Source: Microcoleus sp.
GTDB lineage: Bacteria; Cyanobacteriota; Cyanobacteriia; Cyanobacteriales; Microcoleaceae
DNA: 64,000 nucleotides
Reading direction: 5' to 3'
NCBI GenBank assembly: GCA_042408215.1
Contig: JAYFMW010000017.1
Span: forward strand, 640,001-704,000
This document shows, piece by piece, positions 54,260-64,000 of the stretch. The notes beneath the pieces were generated by a model that was given only the letters and a program-made list of their open reading frames with translations, did no database searches and had not been told where the DNA came from. A program made the position numbers and the translations under genes. Numbering within the stretch: the stretch's first letter is position 1; every line of letters begins with the position of its first letter.

Positions 54260-56230
54260 CTACGCACCCCCTCGCAACTTATCCAAAACCGCCCGATCTT
54301 CCAAAGTCGAAGTATCCCCTGTTACCTCTTGTCCCGCCGCCAAAGAACGCAGCAAACGCCGCATAATCTTCCCGCTGCGAGTCTTCGGTAAAGCCTCAGT
54401 AAATCGAATCTCTCCCGGACGGGCGATCGCCCCAATTTCCTTAACAACGTGCTGCTTCAATTCCTTAGCCAATTCATCGCTAGGTTGCTGCGTATTTTCC
54501 AGCGTCACAAAAGCCACAATTTCCTCACCCTTAATCTCATCAGGTTTACCAACAACCGCAGCTTCCGCCACCGCTGGATGAGATACCAAAGCTGATTCAA
54601 CTTCCATCGTACCGAGTCGATGTCCGGCCACATTAATTACATCGTCAACGCGACCCATTACCCAGAAATAACCGTCTTTATCCTTGTGCGCGCCGTCCCC
54701 TGCAAAGTACACAAATTCGCCATTTTTAGGCCGCAAATATTCCCAATAGGTGCGACGGAAGCGTTCGGGATCGTTGTAAAGCGTCCGCATCATGCCCGGC
54801 CAAGGATGTTTCACAACTAAATAACCGCCACTTTCATTAGTTACCGGTTCCCCGTCTTGGTCAACGACATCGGCAACAATTCCGGGGAAAGGAAGGGTTG
54901 CAGAACCGGGTTTTGTAGGAATTGCACCGGGTAAAGGGGTAATCATAATTCCGCCTGTTTCCGTTTGCCACCAAGTATCGACTATCGGACAATTCGAGTT
55001 GCCAATTATTCGGTAATACCACATCCAAGCTTCAGGATTAATCGGTTCGCCAACAGTTCCTAACAATCGCAAAGATGACAAATCTCTGGCTTTCGGGAAG
55101 TGTTCTCCCATTTTCATGAAAGTTCTGATTGCGGTGGGTGCAGTATAGAAAACGGTGACACCGTATTTTTCAATTACATCCCAAAAACAGCCTGGATTAG
55201 AATTGCGAGGAGCACCTTCATACATTAAAGTTGTCGCACCGTTGGACAGCGGCCCGTAGACAATATAACTGTGTCCAGTAATCCAGCCGACATCAGCAGT
55301 ACACCAGTAAACATCGGTATCTTGGAGGTCGAATATCCACTTGGTTGTCATGTGGGTATAAAGGTTATAACCACCGGTTGTATGGACGACACCTTTCGGT
55401 TTTCCGGTACTTCCAGAAGTGTACAGAATGAATAGCATATCTTCGCTATCCATCGGTTCGGCTGGACAATTTGCCGATACACCTTTTTGCAAATCGTGCC
55501 ACCAATGATCGCGCCCCGGTTCCATGTGAATTTTCTGTTTGGTGCGCTCAACTACCAGAACGTTTGTAACTGTTGGTACGGCATTATTTGCTAGTGCTTT
55601 GTCTACTTGTGCTTTGAGGCCGACGGCGGTATCTTTGCGGAAGCCACCATCAGCGGTGATGACGAGTTTTGCTTGGCCATCGTTGAGGCGATCGTGCAAT
55701 GCTTCGGCACTAAATCCGCCAAACACAACGCTGTGTACGGCACCGATTCTGGCGCAGGCTAGCATGGCGATCGCAGCTTCGGGTATCATCGGCATATAGA
55801 TACCGACGCGATCGCCCTTTTGGACTCCCAACTGTTTGATTACGTTGGCCATTTGGCAGACTTCGCGGTGGAGTTGCGCGTAGGTGAGGGTGCGGGAGTC
55901 TCCGGGTTCGCCTTCCCAAATGAGGGCGGCTTTATTCTTTCGCCAAGTTGTTAAATGGCGATCGAGACAATTGTAAGAAATGTTAATTTTACCATTGACA
56001 AACCATTTGGCAAAAGGCGGCTGCCAGTCGAGTACGGTATCCCATTTTTGGAACCATTCCAATTCTCGTGTGGCGAGTTCTGCCCAGAATGCTTCGGGGT
56101 CTGCTTTGGCTTTGTCGTAGAGGGCCTGGTACTCTGCTAGGCTTTTGATGTGAGCTTTTTGGGAGAATTCAGCGGGCGGCTGGAATAGGCGTTTTTCTTG
56201 CAGTATTGATTCGATGGTATCTTGTGACAT
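54260..56230 (-). CDS. acs: Acetyl-CoA synthetase
   Basis: [36 protein letters not shown]. Confidence 0.97.
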   Translation of the reverse strand: MSQDTIESILQEKRLFQPPAEFSQKAHIKSLAEYQALYDKAKADPEAFWAELATRELEWFQKWDTVLDWQPPFAKWFVNGKINISYNCLDRHLTTWRKNKAALIWEGEPGDSRTLTYAQLHREVCQMANVIKQLGVQKGDRVGIYMPMIPEAAIAMLACARIGAVHSVVFGGFSAEALHDRLNDGQAKLVITADGGFRKDTAVGLKAQVDKALANNAVPTVTNVLVVERTKQKIHMEPGRDHWWHDLQKGVSANCPAEPMDSEDMLFILYTSGSTGKPKGVVHTTGGYNLYTHMTTKWIFDLQDTDVYWCTADVGWITGHSYIVYGPLSNGATTLMYEGAPRNSNPGCFWDVIEKYGVTVFYTAPTAIRTFMKMGEHFPKARDLSSLRLLGTVGEPINPEAWMWYYRIIGNSNCPIVDTWWQTETGGIMITPLPGAIPTKPGSATLPFPGIVADVVDQDGEPVTNESGGYLVVKHPWPGMMRTLYNDPERFRRTYWEYLRPKNGEFVYFAGDGAHKDKDGYFWVMGRVDDVINVAGHRLGTMEVESALVSHPAVAEAAVVGKPDEIKGEEIVAFVTLENTQQPSDELAKELKQHVVKEIGAIARPGEIRFTEALPKTRSGKIMRRLLRSLAAGQEVTGDTSTLEDRAVLDKLRGGA

Positions 56231-56378
56231 CGTTTTTAACTTTAACTTCGGTTAGTCTTTTTAACTATTGTTTGCATAAGTTGGGGCAAAACTATGTTTA
56301 TTTTCATTAAGACTTTGAATACTTGTGTAAATGTTGCGATCGATTACCAATTACCTATTACCTATTACCGAATTTTCA

Positions 56379-56729
56379 TCAAACAGATACTGGATTGCCA
56401 TCAGCTTTGCTCATTGCATCTCTTGCCGATCTCAGTTTGCGGATTTTTTCATACACGGGACGAGGATTGCGACGTTGTTCTTCTTGCATTCTCTCGCCTC
56501 ATTCCAGCCATTCGGTTATGTACTGACCGACTGCTTCTTTGTTGTGCAGGTAATACAAAATTGTTGCATAAACCTGTTCCAGGGTGAGCGATGTATAAAT
56601 GTTAGCGATTTCTTCGGGAGTTCGAGCGCGAAACAGGTATTCATAAAGCATGGTTTCGATGCCAATGCGGGAACCTTGGAGCCGAATATCGTCAGGTCTT
56701 AGAAAGTTGAAGTGGTCTTCAAGTTGCAT
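56379..56729 (-). pseudogene. DUF433 antitoxin-like gene with a nonsense codon at 56499-56501
   Basis: RIGIE..TPEEIA..LTLEQVYATILYY; the frame continues open for 39 codons after EWLE-TGA. Confidence 0.75.
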
Positions 56730-57656
56730 GGCTGGTTGGGGGTGATATCTGGTATGATTATATCATCAGTAATCGTCTGTTTGGGGATTGATATTGTTTA
56801 CATTTTTTGGGGATTTTTTTAACCGCAGAGAGCGCAGAGAGCGCAGAGGAAGAGAGAGAGGAATAATTCTGATATCAACAGGTTTTAATGGCTGTTAACA
56901 CACGATCAATTACCTCCCAGATTTGAGTGGCAGGAATTGTTTTGCCAGTCATTTCTTTATGCCAAGTTTGAGGAAAGTATGCTATAATTGTTTTGTTAGA
57001 TTGTTCATTTTTATTACTTTCTGTTACTTCGGGAATCAGCACGATTACTTTTACTGCTTATAACAGTTTGCAGCAGCAATCGTCTGTTTGGGGATTGAGG
57101 ACGAAGGGACGTAACTATCAGTTTATTTGTCTGACGAGGGGAAATCCCTGCAATCAGATTTTACCGGAGTTGAGTTTGATTGATAGGGAGCGATCGCTCT
57201 TGTTGGCGCAAGTCTTGAAAGCGATTTGCAAGTTGCAGAATGTGCAGTTACAATTGGCATAAGCAGGAGCGATCGCATCTAATGTTATCATGAATTGGGC
57301 GCAGGTTGCCGACAGCGCGATAAATTCATTCCGTTATTTTTTAAATCTCAACCTGAATTAGTCAATCTTAACATCTTAAATTAATAGAAAATAGGGCAAA
57401 TACTCCTGAAACTTCACAAAATTTGGATGCCATGAATCTTCCTTATTTAGAGCGTCACCCGATTGAATCTCAATGTTACAGCAAAATTTGAGAGCGATTT
57501 TTTTATGTAGAAGCGAATTCTATTCGCCCGGATTTTCTAATTTTTCAACCCGAAATAAATCAAATTTTATTAAAAGTTTACAAAATAATGATGACAAAGC
57601 ACAAATTTTGTATCTAAAATAAGAGACTGTTTGACCCTGAAACAAAAGGTAAGAAA

Positions 57657-58685
57657 ATGTCTGAACTTAGACAAAATCTAATTACCAGAGATTGGGTAAT
57701 TATCGCCACCGATCGCGCCAAAAGACCAGACCAATTCGCCAACCCAAAGCAATTGGTAGCAGGATTACCCCCCCACCGCCCCGATTGTCCGTTTTGCGTG
57801 GGAAATGAGGAAGACGGAACCTTAGAAACTTTCCGTTTGTGCGATCGCACCGGCTGGAAAGTCAGGGCCATCCGCAACAAATATCCCGCCCTCTCCCCGA
57901 CAACAGAACGCATGAGGATATCATCAGGAATTCACCGCACGATGTCGGGAATCGGAGTTCACGAAGTAATTGTCGAACACCCGCGACACGACTTGACAAC
58001 AGCTTTGTTGAGCATTAAAGATGTAGCAAACATACTTTTAGCATACCGCCAGCGTTATTCAGAAATTAGAAAATATCCCCACATTGAGACAATTATCATT
58101 TTCAAGAATCATGGGGAAAGTGCGGGAACTTCTCTCGAACACCCTCACTCCCAAATAGCAGCTACGCCCGTTGTACCCAGCCAAGTTCGCAGCCGCATCG
58201 ATGAAGCTGTCAGATATTTTGACGATACGGGAGACTGTTTATTTTGCCGTACTTTGGAAGATGAATTAGCGGCTGGTGAAAGAGTGATTTTTGAAAGTAA
58301 ACATTTTGTGGCTTTTATCCCTTACGCTGCGCTTTCACCGTTTCACATTTGGATTTTTCCGCGCCGACATTCTTCTTCATTTGATGACATTACCGATCCT
58401 GAGATTACTGACCTTGCTTATACTTTAAAAACTGTACTCGCCAAGCTTTATTATGGATTGAACAATCCCGATTACAACTATAATATCCGCTCTGTGCCGA
58501 CGACGGAACAAGCGACAAAATATTTTCACTGGTATATAGCTATTATTCCCAGAGTTTCTAAACAAGCTGGGTTTGAATTGGGTAGCGGGATGTTTATCAA
58601 TACTGGTTTGCCAGAAGAAAGTGCTGAGTTTTTGCGATCGATCGTAATTCCTATTAGCCCAGACTTGGGAGAGATTGAAAGTTAG
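57657..58685 (+). CDS. galT: Galactose-1-phosphate uridylyltransferase
   Basis: CPFC, NKYPAL, HEVIVE, GTSLEHPHSQ, AGFELGSG. Confidence 0.93.
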   Translation: MSELRQNLITRDWVIIATDRAKRPDQFANPKQLVAGLPPHRPDCPFCVGNEEDGTLETFRLCDRTGWKVRAIRNKYPALSPTTERMRISSGIHRTMSGIGVHEVIVEHPRHDLTTALLSIKDVANILLAYRQRYSEIRKYPHIETIIIFKNHGESAGTSLEHPHSQIAATPVVPSQVRSRIDEAVRYFDDTGDCLFCRTLEDELAAGERVIFESKHFVAFIPYAALSPFHIWIFPRRHSSSFDDITDPEITDLAYTLKTVLAKLYYGLNNPDYNYNIRSVPTTEQATKYFHWYIAIIPRVSKQAGFELGSGMFINTGLPEESAEFLRSIVIPISPDLGEIES

Positions 58686-58779
58686 TGCGTGGCGCATTTT
58701 GCGATCGATAGGATTTCTCAATTGTCTGCAACACAGGACACAGCAGTGCTGTGTCCCTACAAAATATCTATCAACAATA

Positions 58780-59064
58780 TCACAATAAACCTTCGACATA
58801 TCCCCAGTATTCTTCGCTACAATTAGCTCTCAATATATCTCTAATCTTAGCGTCGATCGCCAATTCACCATCACTAGAGTCACAACTGTCACCTGTTTCC
58901 CAACTGCTCTCAGAAAAATGCTGTTGCAGATGAGCTAGAGTATGAGCTAAATTGGCAAGAAAATGATGTTCATTTACCCATGCAGCCGGATCTGGTATTG
59001 CTGAACTTGCAGGAGTTCGATCGGCTAAATCATTTTTCCAAGCATCATCAGTCAGGTTTTTCAT
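58780..59064 (-). CDS. Small hypothetical protein
   Basis: About 94-aa ORF; no recognisable motif. Confidence 0.4.
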   Translation of the reverse strand: MKNLTDDAWKNDLADRTPASSAIPDPAAWVNEHHFLANLAHTLAHLQQHFSESSWETGDSCDSSDGELAIDAKIRDILRANCSEEYWGYVEGLL

Positions 59065-59235
59065 ATCTGGGTCGATCAAAAACTAGAATCCAGAGGTAGT
59101 TTGTCATTGATCTGATGTTAATCTTAACTCTAAATTGCGTCGGCGATCGCGATCAGTCTACCCTTGTGACAAATTTGTGTATTTTTGGCGATCGCGATCG
59201 ACATCTGCTAGTAGATTGTGTGCTATGATACAACC

Positions 59236-60213
59236 TCAACTCCGGCGATCGGTAATTTTCACCTCCGGCAACATACATTTTGGCAGCATCCCGTGAACTC
59301 CTTTTTGAGGAGTGTTGACAACCTGCGTAATCCGAAAATTCGCAGCCAAAGAACACAAAACATAAGCATCTTCGGCACTCAAACCCACAAATTTTTCCAA
59401 CCAATAAATCGTCTGTTTTAGTGCCAATTCAAAAGCCTCATCTAAAGTCCTACCGAATCCCATCGTCACAATATCAGTAGGCGTTTCTGCAAAAGGAAAC
59501 ATCAGAAATAAATCCTTGCGGAGGATGATTTGAATCGTGCCATTCATCGAAGTTTCAATCGCAGTAACATCAATTTCGCCGTCTCCCTGTGCCGAATGTC
59601 CATCGCCGATCGAGAATAAACCGCCGCGCACAAAAACAGGTAAAAACAATCGCGTTCCCGGTTGCAATTCTCGGTTATCCATATTGCCACCGTAGCGCCC
59701 CGGAGGAATAGAAGAACGGTTAATTTCTGCATTAGCAACACCGAGAATGCCGAAGAATGGATGCAGCGGAATCCGAATCCCGCTACCTGCTGGAAATTCA
59801 GCAATCTTTTGCTCTAAATCAAGGAGAATAAATCGCAATTTAGGTTCAGAAAAATACTGCGGCAAAGCCCCCCATCCGGGACGAATTGCATTGAATCCCA
59901 CGGGCAAACTTGGGTAAACATCCTCTATTTTGATTTCTAAAACGTCTCCCGGTTCCGCGTTGTTAACATAAATCGGGCCGGTTAGCAAGTGCGGCCCAGG
60001 GCCAACTTTGCGATCCATCGACAAATTTTGACAAATATCTAAAAATTCCGGGGTGAGAAATTCCGGCGGTGCCTTGTCAGCAACGTAAAATCCCGAATAA
60101 GTTTCCACATCAATGCGATCGCCCGAATCAACGATTAAGGCTGGTTTAAGATTCGGAGAGAAACCGCCCAAATGTACAGTTTGGCAATTAGCCTTGAGAA
60201 GATGGTGAGTCAT
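59236..60213 (-). CDS. Acetamidase/formamidase family protein
   Basis: HLLTGPIYV..AEPGD, GGNMD, GDGHSAQGDGE, AYVLCSLA. Confidence 0.92.
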   Translation of the reverse strand: MTHHLLKANCQTVHLGGFSPNLKPALIVDSGDRIDVETYSGFYVADKAPPEFLTPEFLDICQNLSMDRKVGPGPHLLTGPIYVNNAEPGDVLEIKIEDVYPSLPVGFNAIRPGWGALPQYFSEPKLRFILLDLEQKIAEFPAGSGIRIPLHPFFGILGVANAEINRSSIPPGRYGGNMDNRELQPGTRLFLPVFVRGGLFSIGDGHSAQGDGEIDVTAIETSMNGTIQIILRKDLFLMFPFAETPTDIVTMGFGRTLDEAFELALKQTIYWLEKFVGLSAEDAYVLCSLAANFRITQVVNTPQKGVHGMLPKCMLPEVKITDRRS

Positions 60214-60570
60214 ATCTATTTGAGATTTAAAATGGGAGATTATGTTAAGATTTTTACATCAGCCTGTTGACAAGAATGCAATATCTCAGTTACATTCTAG
60301 ATAAATTTTACCCGAAAATGGATTTTGCGATCGTGGGAGTGATGCCCGACGCCAACGGCATTGGCAAACCAGATATTTACATAGCAAAGTAATTTTGTCA
60401 TTCAGAGTGAAACGAAGAATCTCAAAGCCTTGTCACACCGTTACCAAGCGTAAGTCCTGAACTAATAATTAATAACTAATAACCAATCACCAATCACCAA
60501 TCACCAATAACTAATAACTAATCAACCAATAACTAATAACTAATAACCCATAACAAAGAACTAATAACTT

Positions 60571-62364
60571 ATGTTTACACCACTCCCCGAAGAAATAGAA
60601 AATCCGAGAAATTCTCCTCGCAACCCCTGGTTTTTTGCTATCTTGCTGTTGATTATTCTATTGCTTGGTTTAGTTGTGAGGTCTTGTCTCAATAAACCCC
60701 AACTTCTAACCGAGCCATTTTTACAACTCCCAACAACAAATTCCGTGCGAGTGGTCTGGTTTACCGAATTTCCCGGGACTCGCAACACAGTCGCTTACGG
60801 CGAAAAATTGGATCGAATTGTCACTGCAACTACTGTTAAGCTAAGCCGCACTCGCGAAGACAAAGACTCGCGCATCTCCGATGAAATGAAACAGGGCATA
60901 ATTGATAGCCAAATTTTCCGCAATATCTGGCGTCACGAAGCGGAAGTTCCCAAATTAATACCAGGCGATCGCATTCCCTATTCAGTCACCAGCCAAAGAA
61001 AAGATGGCGAATCTGTCAGCAGCAAAATTTTCACACTTTCGCCGACACCGCTAGCAGGAACACCGCTGAAAATTCTCCTAACTTCCGATCATCAATTGAT
61101 GCCGATGACAGCAGCAAACATCCAGAAAGTAGCAGCAACAATTGACAGAGTTGATGGCATTTTCATGGCCGGTGACTTAATTAATATAGCCGATCGCGCT
61201 TCCGAATGGTTCGACGACAATCGCGGCCGCGCCTTCTTTCCCAGTCTCCAAGGGCGGGGCTTCTCCGAAATCGACAAAAACGGCATCAAAACAGTTTACA
61301 CCGGTGGCGAACTGATTCAACACGCGCCGCTTTTTCCCACCATTGGAAACCACGAAATTATGGGGCGCTTTTCCAAATCGAGAAAACTAGACGAGCAGTT
61401 TAACGACCCTTTCCCCCGCGCTGATGCTGAAAAAATCTACACTCAAAATGCCTCTAAATTGAATCCAAATAATGATTCAGAAGTGCGAGAAACTTGGATA
61501 AAAAACCAGAGTTTTAATAGCGATACCTACCATGAAATTTTTACTCTCCCCGGTAACAAAAATTACTATGCTGTCACTTTTGGCGACGTGCGCTTAGTCA
61601 CTTTGTACGTGACAAATATCTGGCGCACACCCAACTTAGATCCCGGTGCTAGAGGCAGATATCGGGAACGCGACGAAGATTTCAACAATCCCGAAAAATG
61701 GGGATACGGACAGCATATTTTTGAGCCAATTGTCAAGGGCAGCGCTCAATATAATTGGCTGAAAGAAGAACTAAATAGTCCCGAATTCCAGCAGGCAAAA
61801 TACAAAATTGTGATGTTTCACCACCCGCCACATTCTCTAGGCGACAATATTGTACCTGCTTATACTGACCCAGTGCAAATAGTCGATCGCGACGAACAAG
61901 GCAATATTAAAATGGTGCGTTACGAATATCCAAAAGCAAAAGATTATATGATTCGAGATGTCGTGCCTTTGCTAGAAAAAGCCGACGTACAGTTAGTATT
62001 TTACGGACATTCGCACCTGTGGAACCGCTTTGAAAGTGCTAGCGGAATGCACTTTTTAGAGACTTCTAATGTCGGTAATAGTTACGGTGCTTTTGCGGGG
62101 AAAAAACGCAGATTTGTGCCACCTGCGTATCGCGAAGATTACAGTGCAATTGGAGATCCCAATGGTTTAAATCCTGTGATGCCTACAATTGCGCCGCTGC
62201 TGGGAGAAGATGGTCTGTCACTGCCATATATTGACAGCAACGATATCACGGCTTTCAGCATTTTTGATACGGGTAATGGTGTGGTGAGTAGCTACTATTT
62301 TGATACGCGGAAACCTGAGTCAGATGTAGTGAAGTTTGATGAGTTTAAATTAAAAAATTCATAA
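60571..62364 (+). CDS. Membrane-anchored metallophosphoesterase (purple acid phosphatase-like)
   Basis: N-terminal TM helix; SDHQ, AGDL, GNHE, FHHPP and GHSH metal motifs. Confidence 0.88.
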   Translation: MFTPLPEEIENPRNSPRNPWFFAILLLIILLLGLVVRSCLNKPQLLTEPFLQLPTTNSVRVVWFTEFPGTRNTVAYGEKLDRIVTATTVKLSRTREDKDSRISDEMKQGIIDSQIFRNIWRHEAEVPKLIPGDRIPYSVTSQRKDGESVSSKIFTLSPTPLAGTPLKILLTSDHQLMPMTAANIQKVAATIDRVDGIFMAGDLINIADRASEWFDDNRGRAFFPSLQGRGFSEIDKNGIKTVYTGGELIQHAPLFPTIGNHEIMGRFSKSRKLDEQFNDPFPRADAEKIYTQNASKLNPNNDSEVRETWIKNQSFNSDTYHEIFTLPGNKNYYAVTFGDVRLVTLYVTNIWRTPNLDPGARGRYRERDEDFNNPEKWGYGQHIFEPIVKGSAQYNWLKEELNSPEFQQAKYKIVMFHHPPHSLGDNIVPAYTDPVQIVDRDEQGNIKMVRYEYPKAKDYMIRDVVPLLEKADVQLVFYGHSHLWNRFESASGMHFLETSNVGNSYGAFAGKKRRFVPPAYREDYSAIGDPNGLNPVMPTIAPLLGEDGLSLPYIDSNDITAFSIFDTGNGVVSSYYFDTRKPESDVVKFDEFKLKNS

Positions 62365-62377
62365 ATTGCCAATAAAA

Positions 62378-62576
62378 AGTAGGGGCGGGTTTTACCAACC
62401 ATAACCGCCAAAAACTAATAATCCCGAAAACCCGCCCCCACCCAGTGTTAAACCTGAATGTACATTTTTTTCATTTAATAAAAGGCAAGGTTGATGTGGG
62501 TTGTCTGTTGGGTGGGGGCGGGTTTATGAGATTGTTTGTATGGCGTCAAATATTGTTGGTGAAACCCGCCCCTACA
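62378..62576. repeat. GTAG-type REP doublets (GTAGGGGCGGGTTT...AAACCCGCCCCTAC)
   Basis: Two inverted pairs between convergent genes. Confidence 0.75.
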
Positions 62577-63780
62577 AAACCTTGTCCTTCGCCGGTGGTA
62601 CAACACCAATTTTATTTAAACCTGCATCAATATCCCTAAGTAATTGAAAATCTGCTTCGGGTAAAAGACTAACATCAGAGTGTTTTTCCAGAAAAGAAAA
62701 TGCTTGCCGAAATTCACGGGGGTTTGTGGCGATCGCACAATCAAAGTGACAGGGTATAATTCTTTCAAAATCCCAACTCGCAACCCGATTAGCCCAATCG
62801 AGAGTTTCCTGTGGCGCGCGATTGAGAATCAAAGCTTGCAAAATCGGTGCGACAAACAATCGCCCTCCTCCCCGCAAAGCCTCAAACGATCGCCCCCAAT
62901 CCATTTTCCACAGGAACGGAAACAACCCGAAATAGGCTTTTCTAGAGCGTTCTGGGGCTTTGAGAGCATTGCCTAACACGGAGCTCCACGGGTGAATTTC
63001 CAACACGCTAGGGCGAAAATACATGGCAAATAGAGCAATTCTCTGCCATCCTTTGCGCCGATTTTCCTGAGTGTCTTCCACGATATCCGAGGCGCTGTCT
63101 TTGGCGTGAAACAGCAGCGGGTAAGAGTCGAATTGGACGATCGCCGGTGGATAATCTGAGATTGAAACCAGGGAATCTGTTACCATCAGCGTGCGCGATC
63201 GCCTGTGAAACAGCGCCACTTCCGCAAACCAACCTAAACGAAGGTCGATCGGGCCAAGAATCGCCAAATCAAATTGATCGCCAAAAGGCGTTTCACTGCT
63301 GTCAAATGGCAATACAGACGTGCGTTTAGCGGGAAAACCCAGCCAACTCAGCGGCAAATTCAGCGGAAAACTCCACTGCTGCGGGGCGACAAACACCTGG
63401 GCGCCGGGAAAACACCTCGCAAAAGGGCCAACAAAAACCTTGTGTTCAATGCCCGAAATAGTTGTCAACAAGATATACTTAACCTCACCGTGTTCTGCTA
63501 CCAACTCATTTAGCAAGCGGATACATTCAGGAGTCGGCGCAACAGGGGCGTAGACGAGAAGGCCTTCAGGTTCGAGTTTAATCACCGTCATCCGAATCGG
63601 GACAATGACATAGAAAACACCCTGAAGTTGGTCAAAAGTCCAGATTGTGTCCTTAACTATTTCCTTGCGGATCGTCCGCCGCTTACCATAGGGATATATG
63701 GGGACGATCGGCCAAAAAGGCCATGAGAAGTCCCTAGAATCAATCTGCTCTGATGTTGTAGTACCTTCACCTTCTGTCAC
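62572..63780 (-). CDS. DUF4336-family protein
   Basis: PIYPYGKRRT, VPIRMTV, EHKVF, IIPCHF. Confidence 0.85.
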   Translation of the reverse strand: MTEGEGTTTSEQIDSRDFSWPFWPIVPIYPYGKRRTIRKEIVKDTIWTFDQLQGVFYVIVPIRMTVIKLEPEGLLVYAPVAPTPECIRLLNELVAEHGEVKYILLTTISGIEHKVFVGPFARCFPGAQVFVAPQQWSFPLNLPLSWLGFPAKRTSVLPFDSSETPFGDQFDLAILGPIDLRLGWFAEVALFHRRSRTLMVTDSLVSISDYPPAIVQFDSYPLLFHAKDSASDIVEDTQENRRKGWQRIALFAMYFRPSVLEIHPWSSVLGNALKAPERSRKAYFGLFPFLWKMDWGRSFEALRGGGRLFVAPILQALILNRAPQETLDWANRVASWDFERIIPCHFDCAIATNPREFRQAFSFLEKHSDVSLLPEADFQLLRDIDAGLNKIGVVPPAKDKVL

Positions 63781-64000
63781 TCTGCGCCCCCTTCCCGAAT
63801 TTCTGATTGAACTATTGTTAGTTATAGATTAAGTTATCCCCTTTATCAATCAGTATCAGAATTATGCATCTCTCTCTTCTCCGACTCTGCGCCCTCTGCG
63901 CCCTCTGCGGTTAAAACATCCAGAAACAACCGTAAACAATAGGACCTATCCTGATACAATAATAAGTTGGCAAAAACGATCGACTTAATAGCTATGACAC

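Noticed and set aside
56993..57262. 89-aa ORF upstream of galT
   Set aside because: TTG start and no recognisable motif; cannot be supported, though not excluded
1..64000. tRNA/rRNA genes, DGR reverse transcriptase, cas1/cas2
   Set aside because: None recognised by eye; tRNAscan-SE and HMM searches would be needed to exclude them formally

Overview
Chromosomal window from a filamentous cyanobacterium. Evidence: dense HIP1 GCGATCGC octamers, heptamer STRR tracts and a CAB-tailed HemH; a Microcoleus/Oscillatoria-like origin is an inference. Housekeeping genes (aspC, apt, ABC transporters, nrdJ, gdhA, hemH, iscA, gltB, P-type ATPase, acs, galT, acetamidase) are interleaved with many repeat families and mobile elements. 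Highlights: (1) nrdJ is interrupted at its active site by a 253-nt ORF-less group I intron and, 8 codons later, a 328-aa LAGLIDADG intein. (2) A co-oriented 11-kb cluster encodes an NrdG-like radical SAM protein, a coiled-coil protein, a ClpB-D2-like AAA+ ATPase, a Ser/Thr kinase-FGE/CLec fusion that resembles a DGR target, vWA, FHA and PP2C. It is a candidate uncharacterised phospho-regulated conflict or sensing system. (3) A DUF559 nuclease gene is bracketed by inverted arrays of a C/G-tract palindrome, mirroring the RAYT-REPIN locus at 44.4-46.9 kb. (4) A TnpB/C2c8-like gene is followed by a single 37-bp CRISPR-type repeat. (5) There are nested MITEs, orphan omegaRNA-like IS605 ends and an apparent strand-asymmetric compositional halo around the repeats. 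All family assignments come from motif recognition by eye, not database searches.
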